From Bacteriovorax sp. (GTDB lineage: Bacteria > Bdellovibrionota > Bacteriovoracia > Bacteriovoracales > Bacteriovoracaceae): a DNA stretch of 64,000 nt. The stretch is taken from contig JAGOVS010000004.1 in the NCBI GenBank assembly GCA_018060625.1, forward strand, positions 636 to 64,635. Reading direction: 5' to 3'. The notes under the pieces are model-generated. The model was not told where the DNA came from, ran no database searches, and saw only the letters and a list, made by a program, of their open reading frames with translations. Position numbers and translations under genes: made by a program. The first letter of the stretch is position 1. Each line of letters starts with the position of its first letter. This document shows positions 36,449 to 45,333 of this stretch, one piece after another.

Positions 36449-37681
36449 ATGGAAATATATTATATTTGGGCCCAGGAACATTTGCTTGCCGTCGTGGCCA
36501 CATTATTAACTTTAGTTTTAGTTTACCACTACCTCATCGAGAAGCAGACTGGTGCTAAGTTATCGAAGAGGTATAGGAATTCAATTTTTGAAGCTCAATC
36601 AAAAATTTTCTTAAATGCAACTCAATATTTAATTTCTGGAAACAAAGATCTTGCCATAAAAGAGTTTTTAAGTGCGGTAGATATAAATCGAGAGACTATT
36701 GAAACATACTTTGCGCTTGGTGGTCTTTTTCGCAGCAACGGAGAAATTGAAAAGGCAATTAGTATTCACCGCTCACTTATTGCCAGAGAAAATATTTCAG
36801 AGTCCCATCGACTTCGTGCACTCAAAGAGCTTGCCATTGATTTTGATAAAGGTGGATTTGTCGATAAGGCCATTGAAACTTATAAAGATGTTTTAAAAAT
36901 CAATCGAGATCAAGTCGAAGTAATTCAGGCCCTTTGTCGGATATATGAGGACACAGAAGACTGGGATCAAGCTTATAATTATAGAATTATGCTTTCTAAA
37001 GTGGGTCATCAAAATCAAGCCGAGACAATTTCACATATCCTCGTTGAAAAGGCCAAGCAGCTTTTTGAAAAAGGTGAATTTAAGAGATGTGAAGAAGATC
37101 TTGAAGATGCATTTCGTTTTGCCCCTTCTGTCTCTGCAAAAATTTTAAGATTGAAACTCTTTTTAGTGAGTGGAGATTTGGAACAAGCCAAATTTTTGTT
37201 GTTAGAAATTTTGAAAGAGCATCCAATGTATGCTTCTTTTATCTTTGTTTCAATTGCGGAAGATTTTAAATCAAATGATGCTGAATTAAAAAGAACTTAT
37301 AGTAGCCGTCTTGAGATTTTGAGAAAATATTTTCTTGAAATGAACGATAAAGATCTTGAGAGTTCCGCTTCAGTCGTCCTTTCAAAGGTTCGACTTTTAA
37401 AAGAATCAGGAATGAATCAAAACGCTTTTGAATTATTGAAAGAGTGGATGGAGCAAAATAAAAATTCTTCAGAAGTAATGAAGGTCGAGTATATTAAATT
37501 GCTCATCGAACTTCAAAAAAAGGATGAGGCGCTCGTTCAGACAAAGGGGTTACTCGAAAATTTACATCAGACCTTAGCAAAACACTATTGTCGCCAGTGT
37601 GGTTATAATTCAGATAGCATTTTTTGGCGTTGTCCTCAATGCCATGAGTGGGAGACAATCCAGTTTAGATGGAAGGTATGA
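36449..37681 (+). CDS. lapB: Lipopolysaccharide assembly protein B (TPR plus rubredoxin-like C-terminus)
   Basis: N-terminal TM and TPR repeats. The C-terminal CRQCGYNSDSIFWRCPQCHEWETI matches the LapB/YciM zinc motif. The start is placed at ATG 36449. Confidence 0.75.
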   Translation: MEIYYIWAQEHLLAVVATLLTLVLVYHYLIEKQTGAKLSKRYRNSIFEAQSKIFLNATQYLISGNKDLAIKEFLSAVDINRETIETYFALGGLFRSNGEIEKAISIHRSLIARENISESHRLRALKELAIDFDKGGFVDKAIETYKDVLKINRDQVEVIQALCRIYEDTEDWDQAYNYRIMLSKVGHQNQAETISHILVEKAKQLFEKGEFKRCEEDLEDAFRFAPSVSAKILRLKLFLVSGDLEQAKFLLLEILKEHPMYASFIFVSIAEDFKSNDAELKRTYSSRLEILRKYFLEMNDKDLESSASVVLSKVRLLKESGMNQNAFELLKEWMEQNKNSSEVMKVEYIKLLIELQKKDEALVQTKGLLENLHQTLAKHYCRQCGYNSDSIFWRCPQCHEWETIQFRWKV

Positions 37682-38109
37682 TGAAAAAAATAATTTGCTT
37701 ACTTTTACTTATTATGAATTCATCGCTGAGTGCTAGTGATGGTATGAAGAAAAGTTTATTGGGTGTAAGGTATTTTTCAGAAATGATGGGAAATGTTCAT
37801 CAGAACCCATCTCGATATTCGCAGGTAATCACAACGATAAGTTGCAATCATCCAGTTAAGATAATGAAGGAAGTGTCCAAGGATGGGAAAGAGTTTATAT
37901 TATATGGTGAAGATAAGTGGAATTTTGTAAGTGTTGGTCCCTATGAAGGATACTTAATGGCAGACTATTTGACAGAGAAAAAAAATGATTGCTTTGAAGA
38001 GCAGTATTCAAAATTTTTTGATGGATTAAATTTAGATATTAATGATCTCTATTATTGGGCAAGATTGTATGATCAATATGTTCAAGGGAAGTCGAAGGTT
38101 AGAAAATGA
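37669..38109 (+). CDS. Exported protein with bacterial SH3-like domain
   Basis: Signal peptide KKIICLLLLIMNSSLSA. SH3b-like pattern VRYFSEMMGNVHQNPSRYSQVITTISCNHPVKIMKEV...WNFVSVGPYEGYLMADYL. It overlaps the lapB stop. Confidence 0.45.
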   Translation: MEGMMKKIICLLLLIMNSSLSASDGMKKSLLGVRYFSEMMGNVHQNPSRYSQVITTISCNHPVKIMKEVSKDGKEFILYGEDKWNFVSVGPYEGYLMADYLTEKKNDCFEEQYSKFFDGLNLDINDLYYWARLYDQYVQGKSKVRK

Positions 38110-39059
38110 TGAAAAAAACTTTTTTTTTAATTGTTGGATGCCTTTTGTTTCTAACAGGGTCGCTTCTTTCTGAGAGCGAAGGGAGCTCTGAGGTTAAAGA
38201 AGGAAGTGAAGAAAGAAAGGAAGGGGCCAAAGAAGAATTAAATGACGCCGCGAAAGAGAGTGGTAAAGGACTTCTCGATTTTTCTTCAATAAAAGATATA
38301 ATAAAAAAAGATGGTCTTGAAGGAGAATTAAAAAAGAAAGAAGACGAGAAACGTAAGTATTTAGATAATAAAAAACTCCAAGATATCAAGCGCTATAATG
38401 TTCCTTCACAAGACGTTTTTTGGAGTTTTTTTTCAGAGTTGTGGTTAGTGAAAAATGCAACTTCCCTAAAATGGGACATTCACAAGCCTGATTTTGAAAT
38501 TGAGAAGTCCTTTGTCGCTTTTTTGGAGACTCAAGGGCACTATGAAAAAAAGATAAAAATTCTCTTACTAGACTCGGCGGAAGTCACACATGCGGCACTT
38601 CCTTCAAATCAAGATGAGTATATTTTTATTCTGTCACTTCCTTTCATCCGAACACTTGATTTGTCTAAAGTTGAGATCTCTCTCTTATTGTTCGAAGATT
38701 TTGTTAGAGTACGAAAAGGATATTTTAAAAATTATGTTTTAGATAAAGAATTAGAGAATTATTTAGGGTCCAATTTCAGTGGAAAAGCTTTTGATAAGAA
38801 ACTTATTGAAGAGCATTTAAAAAAATACAATCAAATCTTGTTTGAAAAAGGATTTAGTTTTCAAGAACAATTTGAAACAACTAAGGAAGTAGATGTGTTT
38901 CTTAAGAGCGACTTGAAAATGTGGAATACTTATTTAACGATGTTAGAGAAAATTGATAATCTTACTAAAACAAATGCCCTTTACAAGAAATATAGTCAGA
39001 TTTACCCTTCCCCAGAATTGCAACTGAATTGGCTTAAACCCAAAAGCACTATACTCTAA
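38106..39059 (+). CDS. Exported protein resembling an M48 peptidase core but without HExxH
   Basis: A signal peptide is present. HAALPSNQDEYIFILSLPFIRTLDLSKVEISLLLFEDFVRV parallels the M48 pattern NAFA..g.I.v..gLl..l...El..VlaHElgH, but with FEDFV where HExxH is expected. It overlaps the upstream stop. Confidence 0.3.
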   Translation: MMKKTFFLIVGCLLFLTGSLLSESEGSSEVKEGSEERKEGAKEELNDAAKESGKGLLDFSSIKDIIKKDGLEGELKKKEDEKRKYLDNKKLQDIKRYNVPSQDVFWSFFSELWLVKNATSLKWDIHKPDFEIEKSFVAFLETQGHYEKKIKILLLDSAEVTHAALPSNQDEYIFILSLPFIRTLDLSKVEISLLLFEDFVRVRKGYFKNYVLDKELENYLGSNFSGKAFDKKLIEEHLKKYNQILFEKGFSFQEQFETTKEVDVFLKSDLKMWNTYLTMLEKIDNLTKTNALYKKYSQIYPSPELQLNWLKPKSTIL

Positions 39060-39919
39060 TGAACATAAAACGAAGTTTTTCCCAGTTGATGGATTTCCTT
39101 GATTCTCCTCTTGGAGCTCAGGTAAAATATTATACTTTTTTTTATTTTGTCCTTTGGGGTTTTCACCTCATCCTTATTTCGCTAGTTTCTTATTTTCATC
39201 TTTTGCTCAATCATAATATTAGGACAATTGGAGATTGGATAGGGGATCGAGGATGGTTTTTGATTATCATTTCAAAGGTTTTTGTTTTTTACATTGCTTT
39301 GCAGTTTATTCGTTTAAAAACTAAAAAAATCAACTTAGTTCGAAGTTACTTCAGAAATAGCATTCAGCTGCCAAGAAAAGAAATTGTGGCGTGCTTACTT
39401 TTTTTAATACTTGGGCTTACTGGTCTGGGAAGAATTGAAGCCAACTCTATTATGATTTTTGAGGTTTCAAGAATTATGCTTTCTGCGATAGGTGCCTTTG
39501 TCTTTTTTGCCGTTGATTATGTTTTACTCGTGATTTTGGAAATTTATTACCCTTTACAATCATCGAGATGTAAAATTCAAAAACTTTTTTTATTCCCCCT
39601 CCTTTTTTACTATTTTACATATGCTACATTTATTTATGAACAATCAGTAAGCATTAAGCTCTATGCTTATTTTTTCTTACTGCTGTATTTGGGGGAATGG
39701 AGAAGGCAAAATTGGACTCTTCCTTTTCTTTTTTTATTGGCATTCCTTGTTCCTAGTTACTGCTTATTTGGCCTCGACCCGGTTTGGAGTTCAAATTATT
39801 CCTTTTTCTTGATGGGGAAAAACATTTCAAGTTTCTCTCACTTCATTTTAATAGGTATTGGCATTTTTTATTTACATGCGAACCAAAAAAGCAATCCAGA
39901 GTATATTTATCGGGATTAA
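39059..39919 (+). CDS. Polytopic inner-membrane protein of unknown function
   Basis: Seven or eight hydrophobic helices. TAATG overlap with the upstream gene. No motif recognised. Confidence 0.45.
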   Translation: MNIKRSFSQLMDFLDSPLGAQVKYYTFFYFVLWGFHLILISLVSYFHLLLNHNIRTIGDWIGDRGWFLIIISKVFVFYIALQFIRLKTKKINLVRSYFRNSIQLPRKEIVACLLFLILGLTGLGRIEANSIMIFEVSRIMLSAIGAFVFFAVDYVLLVILEIYYPLQSSRCKIQKLFLFPLLFYYFTYATFIYEQSVSIKLYAYFFLLLYLGEWRRQNWTLPFLFLLAFLVPSYCLFGLDPVWSSNYSFFLMGKNISSFSHFILIGIGIFYLHANQKSNPEYIYRD

Positions 39920-40012
39920 ATTAAGAAAGCGAATTAACTTAAAACTTCATGATAATTTGTCTATTATTGTAAAAGTATAAATAATAACTCTCATAGGGTT
40001 ATAGCAGAGGAG

Positions 40013-40714
40013 ATGGGCGTGCATTCAGGAAATCTAGATATATTAAAAATTATTATGCAATCTGGTCTTGTCGTAAAGTTTGTGCTTGCCCTTCTTGTTG
40101 CTTGTTCTGTTTTTTCCTGGGCAATTATCTTAAAAAAGAAAAGACTCTTCAGTGAAGTAGAGGAAAATAATGAGCGATTTTATGAAATCTACCGTTCTTC
40201 AGAAAATTTAAAAGATGTTTTGCTAAAAAGTGAGATGCTTCCTTTCTCACCTTATAAGGCCCTATTTACGAACGGTTATGCAGAACTTGTAAAAATTAGA
40301 GAAGCTTATAGTGGTCAACATAAAAGCGGATTGGCCTTTCACTTCCAAAATTTTGGCTTAGGAATTTTGGAGCGTGGGTTAAAGAAAGGAGTTAATGAAA
40401 CAAATCATGAATTATCAGGGCTGCTTTCAACATTGGCCTCAATTGGTTCGGTAGCCCCTTTTATTGGGCTTTTTGGAACTGTTTGGGGAATTATTAATGC
40501 TTTCACGGGGCTTGCTGGTGGCGGAGGATCTATTGATGCTGTCGCTCCAGGTATCGCTGAAGCACTTGTGGCAACGGCAATTGGACTTGCAGCGGCCATT
40601 CCAGCCGTCTGGTTTTATAATTATTTTAATTCTCAAAGTGAAAAAATAAATTTAGACATGGAAACTTTTGGACAGGATTTTTTAAATGTTGTTGAGCGCT
40701 CTATCGTAGAATAA
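40013..40714 (+). CDS. tolQ: Tol-Pal system protein TolQ (MotA/TolQ/ExbB family)
   Basis: Three TM helices and the conserved C-terminal pattern LASIGSVAPFIGLFGTVWGIINAF...APGIAEALVATAIGLAAAIPA. Confidence 0.8.
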   Translation: MGVHSGNLDILKIIMQSGLVVKFVLALLVACSVFSWAIILKKKRLFSEVEENNERFYEIYRSSENLKDVLLKSEMLPFSPYKALFTNGYAELVKIREAYSGQHKSGLAFHFQNFGLGILERGLKKGVNETNHELSGLLSTLASIGSVAPFIGLFGTVWGIINAFTGLAGGGGSIDAVAPGIAEALVATAIGLAAAIPAVWFYNYFNSQSEKINLDMETFGQDFLNVVERSIVE

Positions 40715-40723
40715 GGATTAATT

Positions 40724-41140
40724 ATGGCCTTCAATACAGGTAAAAAGAAAGGGGCAATTTCAGATATCAACGTCACTCCCCTTGTTGATGTTATGCTTGT
40801 GCTTCTCATTATTTTTATGGTGACAGCTCCTTTGATGCTCAATGGAATTAAACTCGATCTTCCAAAGACCAAAGAAGTGAATCCTATTAACTTAAATACG
40901 ACCCAAATTGTTCTTTCTTATAGTAAGAGTGAAGAATTTTACGTTGGTAAGGATAAAATGCTTATTAATGAGATTTTGCCAGAAATTCAAAAGCGTTTTA
41001 AGAATAATAAAACAGAGACACTTTTTTTGCGGGCAGATTTTAATTTGTCTTATGGAAAAGTGGCTAAGCTAATGTCTTTTTTAAAGCGTGGTGGAATTCA
41101 CAATATATCTTTAGTTACTGTTACAGAAGAAAAAGAATAG
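40724..41140 (+). CDS. tolR: Tol-Pal system protein TolR (ExbD/TolR family)
   Basis: ISDINVTPLVDVMLVLLIIFMVTAP is the signature TM segment with the conserved Asp. Confidence 0.8.
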   Translation: MAFNTGKKKGAISDINVTPLVDVMLVLLIIFMVTAPLMLNGIKLDLPKTKEVNPINLNTTQIVLSYSKSEEFYVGKDKMLINEILPEIQKRFKNNKTETLFLRADFNLSYGKVAKLMSFLKRGGIHNISLVTVTEEKE

Positions 41141-41992
41141 ATGAATATTTATGGAAAACGTACATTCATAGGACAAACGTTTGCGTTTTTTTTACGCCGA
41201 TCAACCTATGTTCACCTTGCTCTTCTCAGCTTAAGCTTGATTGGGGGGAAAGTCATAAGTGATCAACAGGATAAACTTCGCGAGAAGAATATGGAGCTTG
41301 TTATGTCTTCTGTAAGAGTTGACATGGTGGCCATGCCTACTTACACCTTGAATGAATTAAAAAATCTCTCTAGTGGAGTAGAGGAAGCAAAAGAAGAAGA
41401 ACTGACTCCTGAACCAGAAGCTCAAAAAGTAGAACCCAAAGAAGTGACTGAAGTGCCCCCCAAAGAGGAAGAAAAATCTCCTGAAAAAGAAACAACACCC
41501 AGCTTCGAAGAAGAAAATAAATTAAAACGCCAAAATTTCCTTAGCAAACTTAAACAAATTGGAAATAAGAAAATTAATAGTGATGGCAATCAGAAAGCGG
41601 AGAAGGGATTGTATGGTGAAAATAATTCTGATTTAAAACAACTCGTTTTATCCGGAAATAAATTAAGTAAGGGAACTCAGCTCTATGGGAATGGCAATTC
41701 TGGTGATATGACGGCTTTTCAAGCTTACGCAACAAGACTGCCGGACTTAGTGAGACCGCATTGGCGATTGCCTAGCTTTCTTCTAGAGAAAAAATTAAAA
41801 TGCAGAGTGCGGGTTTGGCTTGCACCTAATGGAGAAGTCACTCGAGCGGAAATTTACCAATCAAGTGGCGACACCGAATATGACCAAAGGGCCATCGATG
41901 CAGTTAAGGCAACTTCACCATTTCCACGGCTTTCAGAAGACTATGCCAAACGTGGCCAAAGTGGCGATATACTTTTAGGATTCCCTTTATGA
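41141..41992 (+). CDS. tolA: TolA-like protein (TM, Glu/Lys/Pro linker, TolA/TonB-type C-terminal domain)
   Basis: The linker is EEAKEEELTPEPEAQKVEPKEVTEVPPKEEEKSPEKE. The C-terminus is VRVWLAPNGEVTRAEIYQSSGDTEYDQRAIDAVKATSPFP. It sits between tolR and tolB. Confidence 0.6.
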   Translation: MNIYGKRTFIGQTFAFFLRRSTYVHLALLSLSLIGGKVISDQQDKLREKNMELVMSSVRVDMVAMPTYTLNELKNLSSGVEEAKEEELTPEPEAQKVEPKEVTEVPPKEEEKSPEKETTPSFEEENKLKRQNFLSKLKQIGNKKINSDGNQKAEKGLYGENNSDLKQLVLSGNKLSKGTQLYGNGNSGDMTAFQAYATRLPDLVRPHWRLPSFLLEKKLKCRVRVWLAPNGEVTRAEIYQSSGDTEYDQRAIDAVKATSPFPRLSEDYAKRGQSGDILLGFPL

Positions 41993-43332
41993 TGACAAAA
42001 ATTGTTTTTATTCTCTTTTTCTCTCTTGTTTCGTTTAAGTCTTTTTGTGATGAGAGTACTTTGACCGTTGTGGCCGTTGGTGAGGCAACTTTAGAAAAAG
42101 ATAAAATGGTTATTCAGGATCCTTATTTTCAAGGATCAGTGACTTCTGTTCAAAAGAATGCGGCCATTGATCTTGTCAGGCTTTTGAGAAATGACTTTAG
42201 TTTTTATCAAAAGAAATTTTTCTTAGTGGAACCAGCAGCGAATAATACAAGTTATCGTCCACCAACGAATTATGAATATTGGAATGGTAAAAGCGTGCGC
42301 TATCTTGGTACTGTCAATGTCGAAAAAAGCGGTGATGGTTTAAGGGTGTCAGTCACCTTTGAAGATGTAAAAAATCGAAAGCAGATATATGCTAATACGT
42401 TTACGACGACACTTCAGAATTTAAGGAAGAATGGGCATGACGTTGCCAACAGCGTATATAAAAAAATTACGGGGAAGGAGTCTATTTTTAAATCAAAAAT
42501 TGTCTTTGTCTCTGACCGAAACACCCGAGGTTCAAAAACTGTTAAAGAAATATACATGATGGACTTTGATGGAAAGAATGTGGTTCAAATTACAAGCCAT
42601 GGCGGAATTGCGATTTCTCCAGCAATGTCTCCAGATGGCCGTTATCTTGTTTATTCTCTCATTCAAAATACAACTGGTAAGAGAAACAATAATCTGTATC
42701 TCATGGATATGAAAACGAGAGAATCACATGTTATATCTCAACGAGAGGGGATAAACTCAGGGGCCATTTTTCTTGCAAATGGAAAGAGTATTGCCCTCAC
42801 TCTTTCACTTTCAGGTAATGCTGAAATTTACGAAATGGATTTAGAGAGTAAGAGTTTAAGAAAAATAACGAATCATTTCGCCTCAGACGTCGACCCTTCT
42901 ATCACTTACGATGGAAAATTGATGACTTTTCTTTCTGATAGACCAGGTAAAGCGATGATTTATACAATGAACCCAAATGGAGAAGAGAAAGAAGTTAAGA
43001 GGATAAGTTTTGTTGGGCAATTCAATGCCACCCCTCGCTTCTCTCCAGATGGCAAAGAGATCGTATTCTCTTCTTGGTTGGATAATTGCTTTGATCTCTT
43101 TAGGATCAGCGCAGATGGATCAGGATTATCTCGTCTCACGAAAGAATTTGGCTCTAATGAAGACCCCAGTTACTCCAATGATGGAGAATTTATCGCATTT
43201 AGCTCTCAAAGGGTTATTTCACGAGTAAAGGCCGATCAAAATGTCTACATAATGGATCGCGATGGGGGAATTTTGGGTGCCGTCACTCAGGGTTTTGGAA
43301 ACTGTACAACGCCTAGATGGTATAACTTCTAG
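41989..43332 (+). CDS. tolB: Tol-Pal system beta-propeller protein TolB
   Basis: Signal peptide and an N-terminal TolB domain. Repeated propeller motifs ISPAMSPDGRYLVYS, ATPRFSPDGKEIVFSS and EDPSYSNDGEFIAFSS. Confidence 0.85.
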   Translation: MMTKIVFILFFSLVSFKSFCDESTLTVVAVGEATLEKDKMVIQDPYFQGSVTSVQKNAAIDLVRLLRNDFSFYQKKFFLVEPAANNTSYRPPTNYEYWNGKSVRYLGTVNVEKSGDGLRVSVTFEDVKNRKQIYANTFTTTLQNLRKNGHDVANSVYKKITGKESIFKSKIVFVSDRNTRGSKTVKEIYMMDFDGKNVVQITSHGGIAISPAMSPDGRYLVYSLIQNTTGKRNNNLYLMDMKTRESHVISQREGINSGAIFLANGKSIALTLSLSGNAEIYEMDLESKSLRKITNHFASDVDPSITYDGKLMTFLSDRPGKAMIYTMNPNGEEKEVKRISFVGQFNATPRFSPDGKEIVFSSWLDNCFDLFRISADGSGLSRLTKEFGSNEDPSYSNDGEFIAFSSQRVISRVKADQNVYIMDRDGGILGAVTQGFGNCTTPRWYNF

Positions 43333-43462
43333 AATTTACGTCATTAAGCGATTTTTTTTAAACACTTGATCGTTTTAGTCTTGTAAATTATTCAGACGCA
43401 CTGTATTATTTACTAAGTAACGCATAGCGCTTTTACTTAATAAACTGTCCAGGAGTTTTACA

Positions 43463-44995
43463 ATGACGGCATCAGTAATTAACCAAAAAATGGCCCAAGA
43501 AACCCTATCTTCAGTCCTTTTTTTAAGCCTAGATGAATCACATTTTTTTAATACAATAAATAAATTTTTTATGGATTCAATGAATTCACACAAAGTTCAG
43601 GCCTATAAAATCTTAGAAAATGGCCAAGCTCAACTAATGTCTGAAAATGGAAAAATCGCAGAACACTCTCATCTTTTAGAAAAAGGAATGGGTGCCGTTG
43701 GATATATCGTACGAACAAAGAAAGGTTATTTTTCAAACTCTGTAGAAAGAGATCCTGTTTTTACAAGGGAAGCATCTTTAGGAGTAAAGGCTGAGTTGTG
43801 CTTCCCAATCTCTGTTGATGGAGTGGTGATTGGCTCAATTCACTGTCAAATGCTCGACAATTCTCGAGAGTTCTCTCGCGCTGATATGACTTTTGGAGTG
43901 TCGATCATTAATGAAATCAAGACACCTATTCAGAATATGAAGCTTTATTTAGCAGCTAAAAATATGAATGAAGCACTTTTGAAAACGATAGAGCTTAAAG
44001 AAAAAGAACTTCAAGAGTCTCGACTTGGATTAAAACTTCAGGACTCTTTCCGTATCACAGAAAAGGAAATTATTGGCCGATCGCAAGCGATGAAGGATTT
44101 ACTAAGTTTAATTGATAAAGTAAGTGATAAAGAGATTTCAGCCTTTATTCAAGGTGAAGCAGCGACTGGTAAGGAAATGATTGCTCGCCGTATTCACTGT
44201 AGAAGTCATAGACGGGATAGAGCTTTTGTTGCCATTGATTGTTCAACGATGAATGAAAATCAACTTGATATTGAGATCTTTGGTGATGAATCGAAGATGG
44301 GGATGTTGGAAGCCGCAAACTTTGGGACCCTTTTTATCAACTCAGCTGAACATATGCCAGTAGCTATTCAGAATAAACTGATGCAATTCATTACCTTAAA
44401 GATGGGGATTAAGTCTGGAAGCCAGTCTTTCTTTAAGTCAGATGTAAGACTAATCACTGCGTCGCTAAAAGATCTCATGGATCTAGTAAGAGCAGGCAGC
44501 TTTAGAGAGGATTTGTATTTTGCTTTAAGCACAGTTGTCTTAAAGGCGCCAGCGCTAAAGGAGAGAAAGGAAGACATCGAGGTTCTCGCTAATTTTTTCT
44601 TAAACCAAAATAAGACAAAGGAAGTTCAAAAGTCTTTTTCACCTGGAGCGATCAAGGCCTTAACTGAATATTCATGGCCAGGAAACGTAAGAGAGCTTCA
44701 GAATGTAGTCGAAAGGGCCTTTATTCTTTCTGATGGAACAATCATTGAGAAACTACACCTTGACCAACATATCCAGACGGCAGAGGCTCAGATTGTTGTT
44801 GAAAAAGTAGCGCCAGTAAAACCGCAAGATTTCGTGCTTGTGACGCTAGAGGAACTAGAGCGTCAACATATAATGGCAACACTGGAAAACTTAGGTGGAA
44901 ATAAGACCAAGACGGCTAAAGGCCTTGGAATTACTGTTAAGACTCTCTACAACAAACTTCATAGTTACGGAGTTGAGTTTGATAAAGAGGCTTAA
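43463..44995 (+). CDS. GAF-domain, sigma-54-activator-like transcription regulator with degenerate AAA+ core
   Basis: N-terminal GAF-like region. AAA+ core with GEAATGKE (Walker A), WPGNVRELQNVVER and a C-terminal Fis-type HTH (KTKTAKGLGITVKTLYNKL). The GAFTGA loop is absent (EIFGDESKMGMLEAA). Walker B reads TLFINSAE instead of TLFLDEI. Confidence 0.75.
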   Translation: MTASVINQKMAQETLSSVLFLSLDESHFFNTINKFFMDSMNSHKVQAYKILENGQAQLMSENGKIAEHSHLLEKGMGAVGYIVRTKKGYFSNSVERDPVFTREASLGVKAELCFPISVDGVVIGSIHCQMLDNSREFSRADMTFGVSIINEIKTPIQNMKLYLAAKNMNEALLKTIELKEKELQESRLGLKLQDSFRITEKEIIGRSQAMKDLLSLIDKVSDKEISAFIQGEAATGKEMIARRIHCRSHRRDRAFVAIDCSTMNENQLDIEIFGDESKMGMLEAANFGTLFINSAEHMPVAIQNKLMQFITLKMGIKSGSQSFFKSDVRLITASLKDLMDLVRAGSFREDLYFALSTVVLKAPALKERKEDIEVLANFFLNQNKTKEVQKSFSPGAIKALTEYSWPGNVRELQNVVERAFILSDGTIIEKLHLDQHIQTAEAQIVVEKVAPVKPQDFVLVTLEELERQHIMATLENLGGNKTKTAKGLGITVKTLYNKLHSYGVEFDKEA

Positions 44996-45054
44996 GAGTT
45001 AAAATCTTGTAAATGCGCAAGCAAAAAAGTATTATAAAAAGATTGGAGGATACT

Positions 45055-45276
45055 ATGTCGATTATAGAAACAGAAACAGTTGTAGAGGGCCCGAAGACTC
45101 CGAGAAACTTTAGAACTGCTATTGATATTGAAAATTTCTACCGCTTTGTAAATGATAATGATTTAAGAAAAGAAGCGAAGATCATGTTAGATATCATTCA
45201 AGCTAAAGTGATGGCCTCTGTGAAAAAGAAAAAGAAGGAAGCGAAGGCAGCAAGTAAGAAAAACAACGCACATTAA
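45055..45276 (+). CDS. Small hypothetical protein with Lys-rich tail
   Basis: ATG 45055 lies 4 nt after GGAGGA. 73 aa, ending KKKKKEAKAASKKNNAH. A terminator follows. Confidence 0.45.
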   Translation: MSIIETETVVEGPKTPRNFRTAIDIENFYRFVNDNDLRKEAKIMLDIIQAKVMASVKKKKKEAKAASKKNNAH

Positions 45277-45289
45277 TTAATATTTTTAA

Positions 45290-45316
45290 GGCCCACTTTT
45301 AGAGTGGGTCTTTTTA
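45290..45316 (+). terminator. Rho-independent terminator
   Basis: GGCCCACT (45290-45297) pairs with AGTGGGTC (45303-45310), including one G-U pair. A T5 run follows. Confidence 0.6.
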
Positions 45317-45333
45317 TTCAAAAGAAGTTGAAC

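Noticed and set aside
38099-38389. 96-aa minus-strand ORF rich in Ser/Phe
   Set aside because: It is the shadow of the Glu/Lys-rich N-terminal region of the exported protein at 38106-39059.
43375-43593. 72-aa minus-strand ORF spanning the tolB-regulator intergenic region
   Set aside because: It overlaps the well-supported start of the regulator gene and has no RBS or motif.
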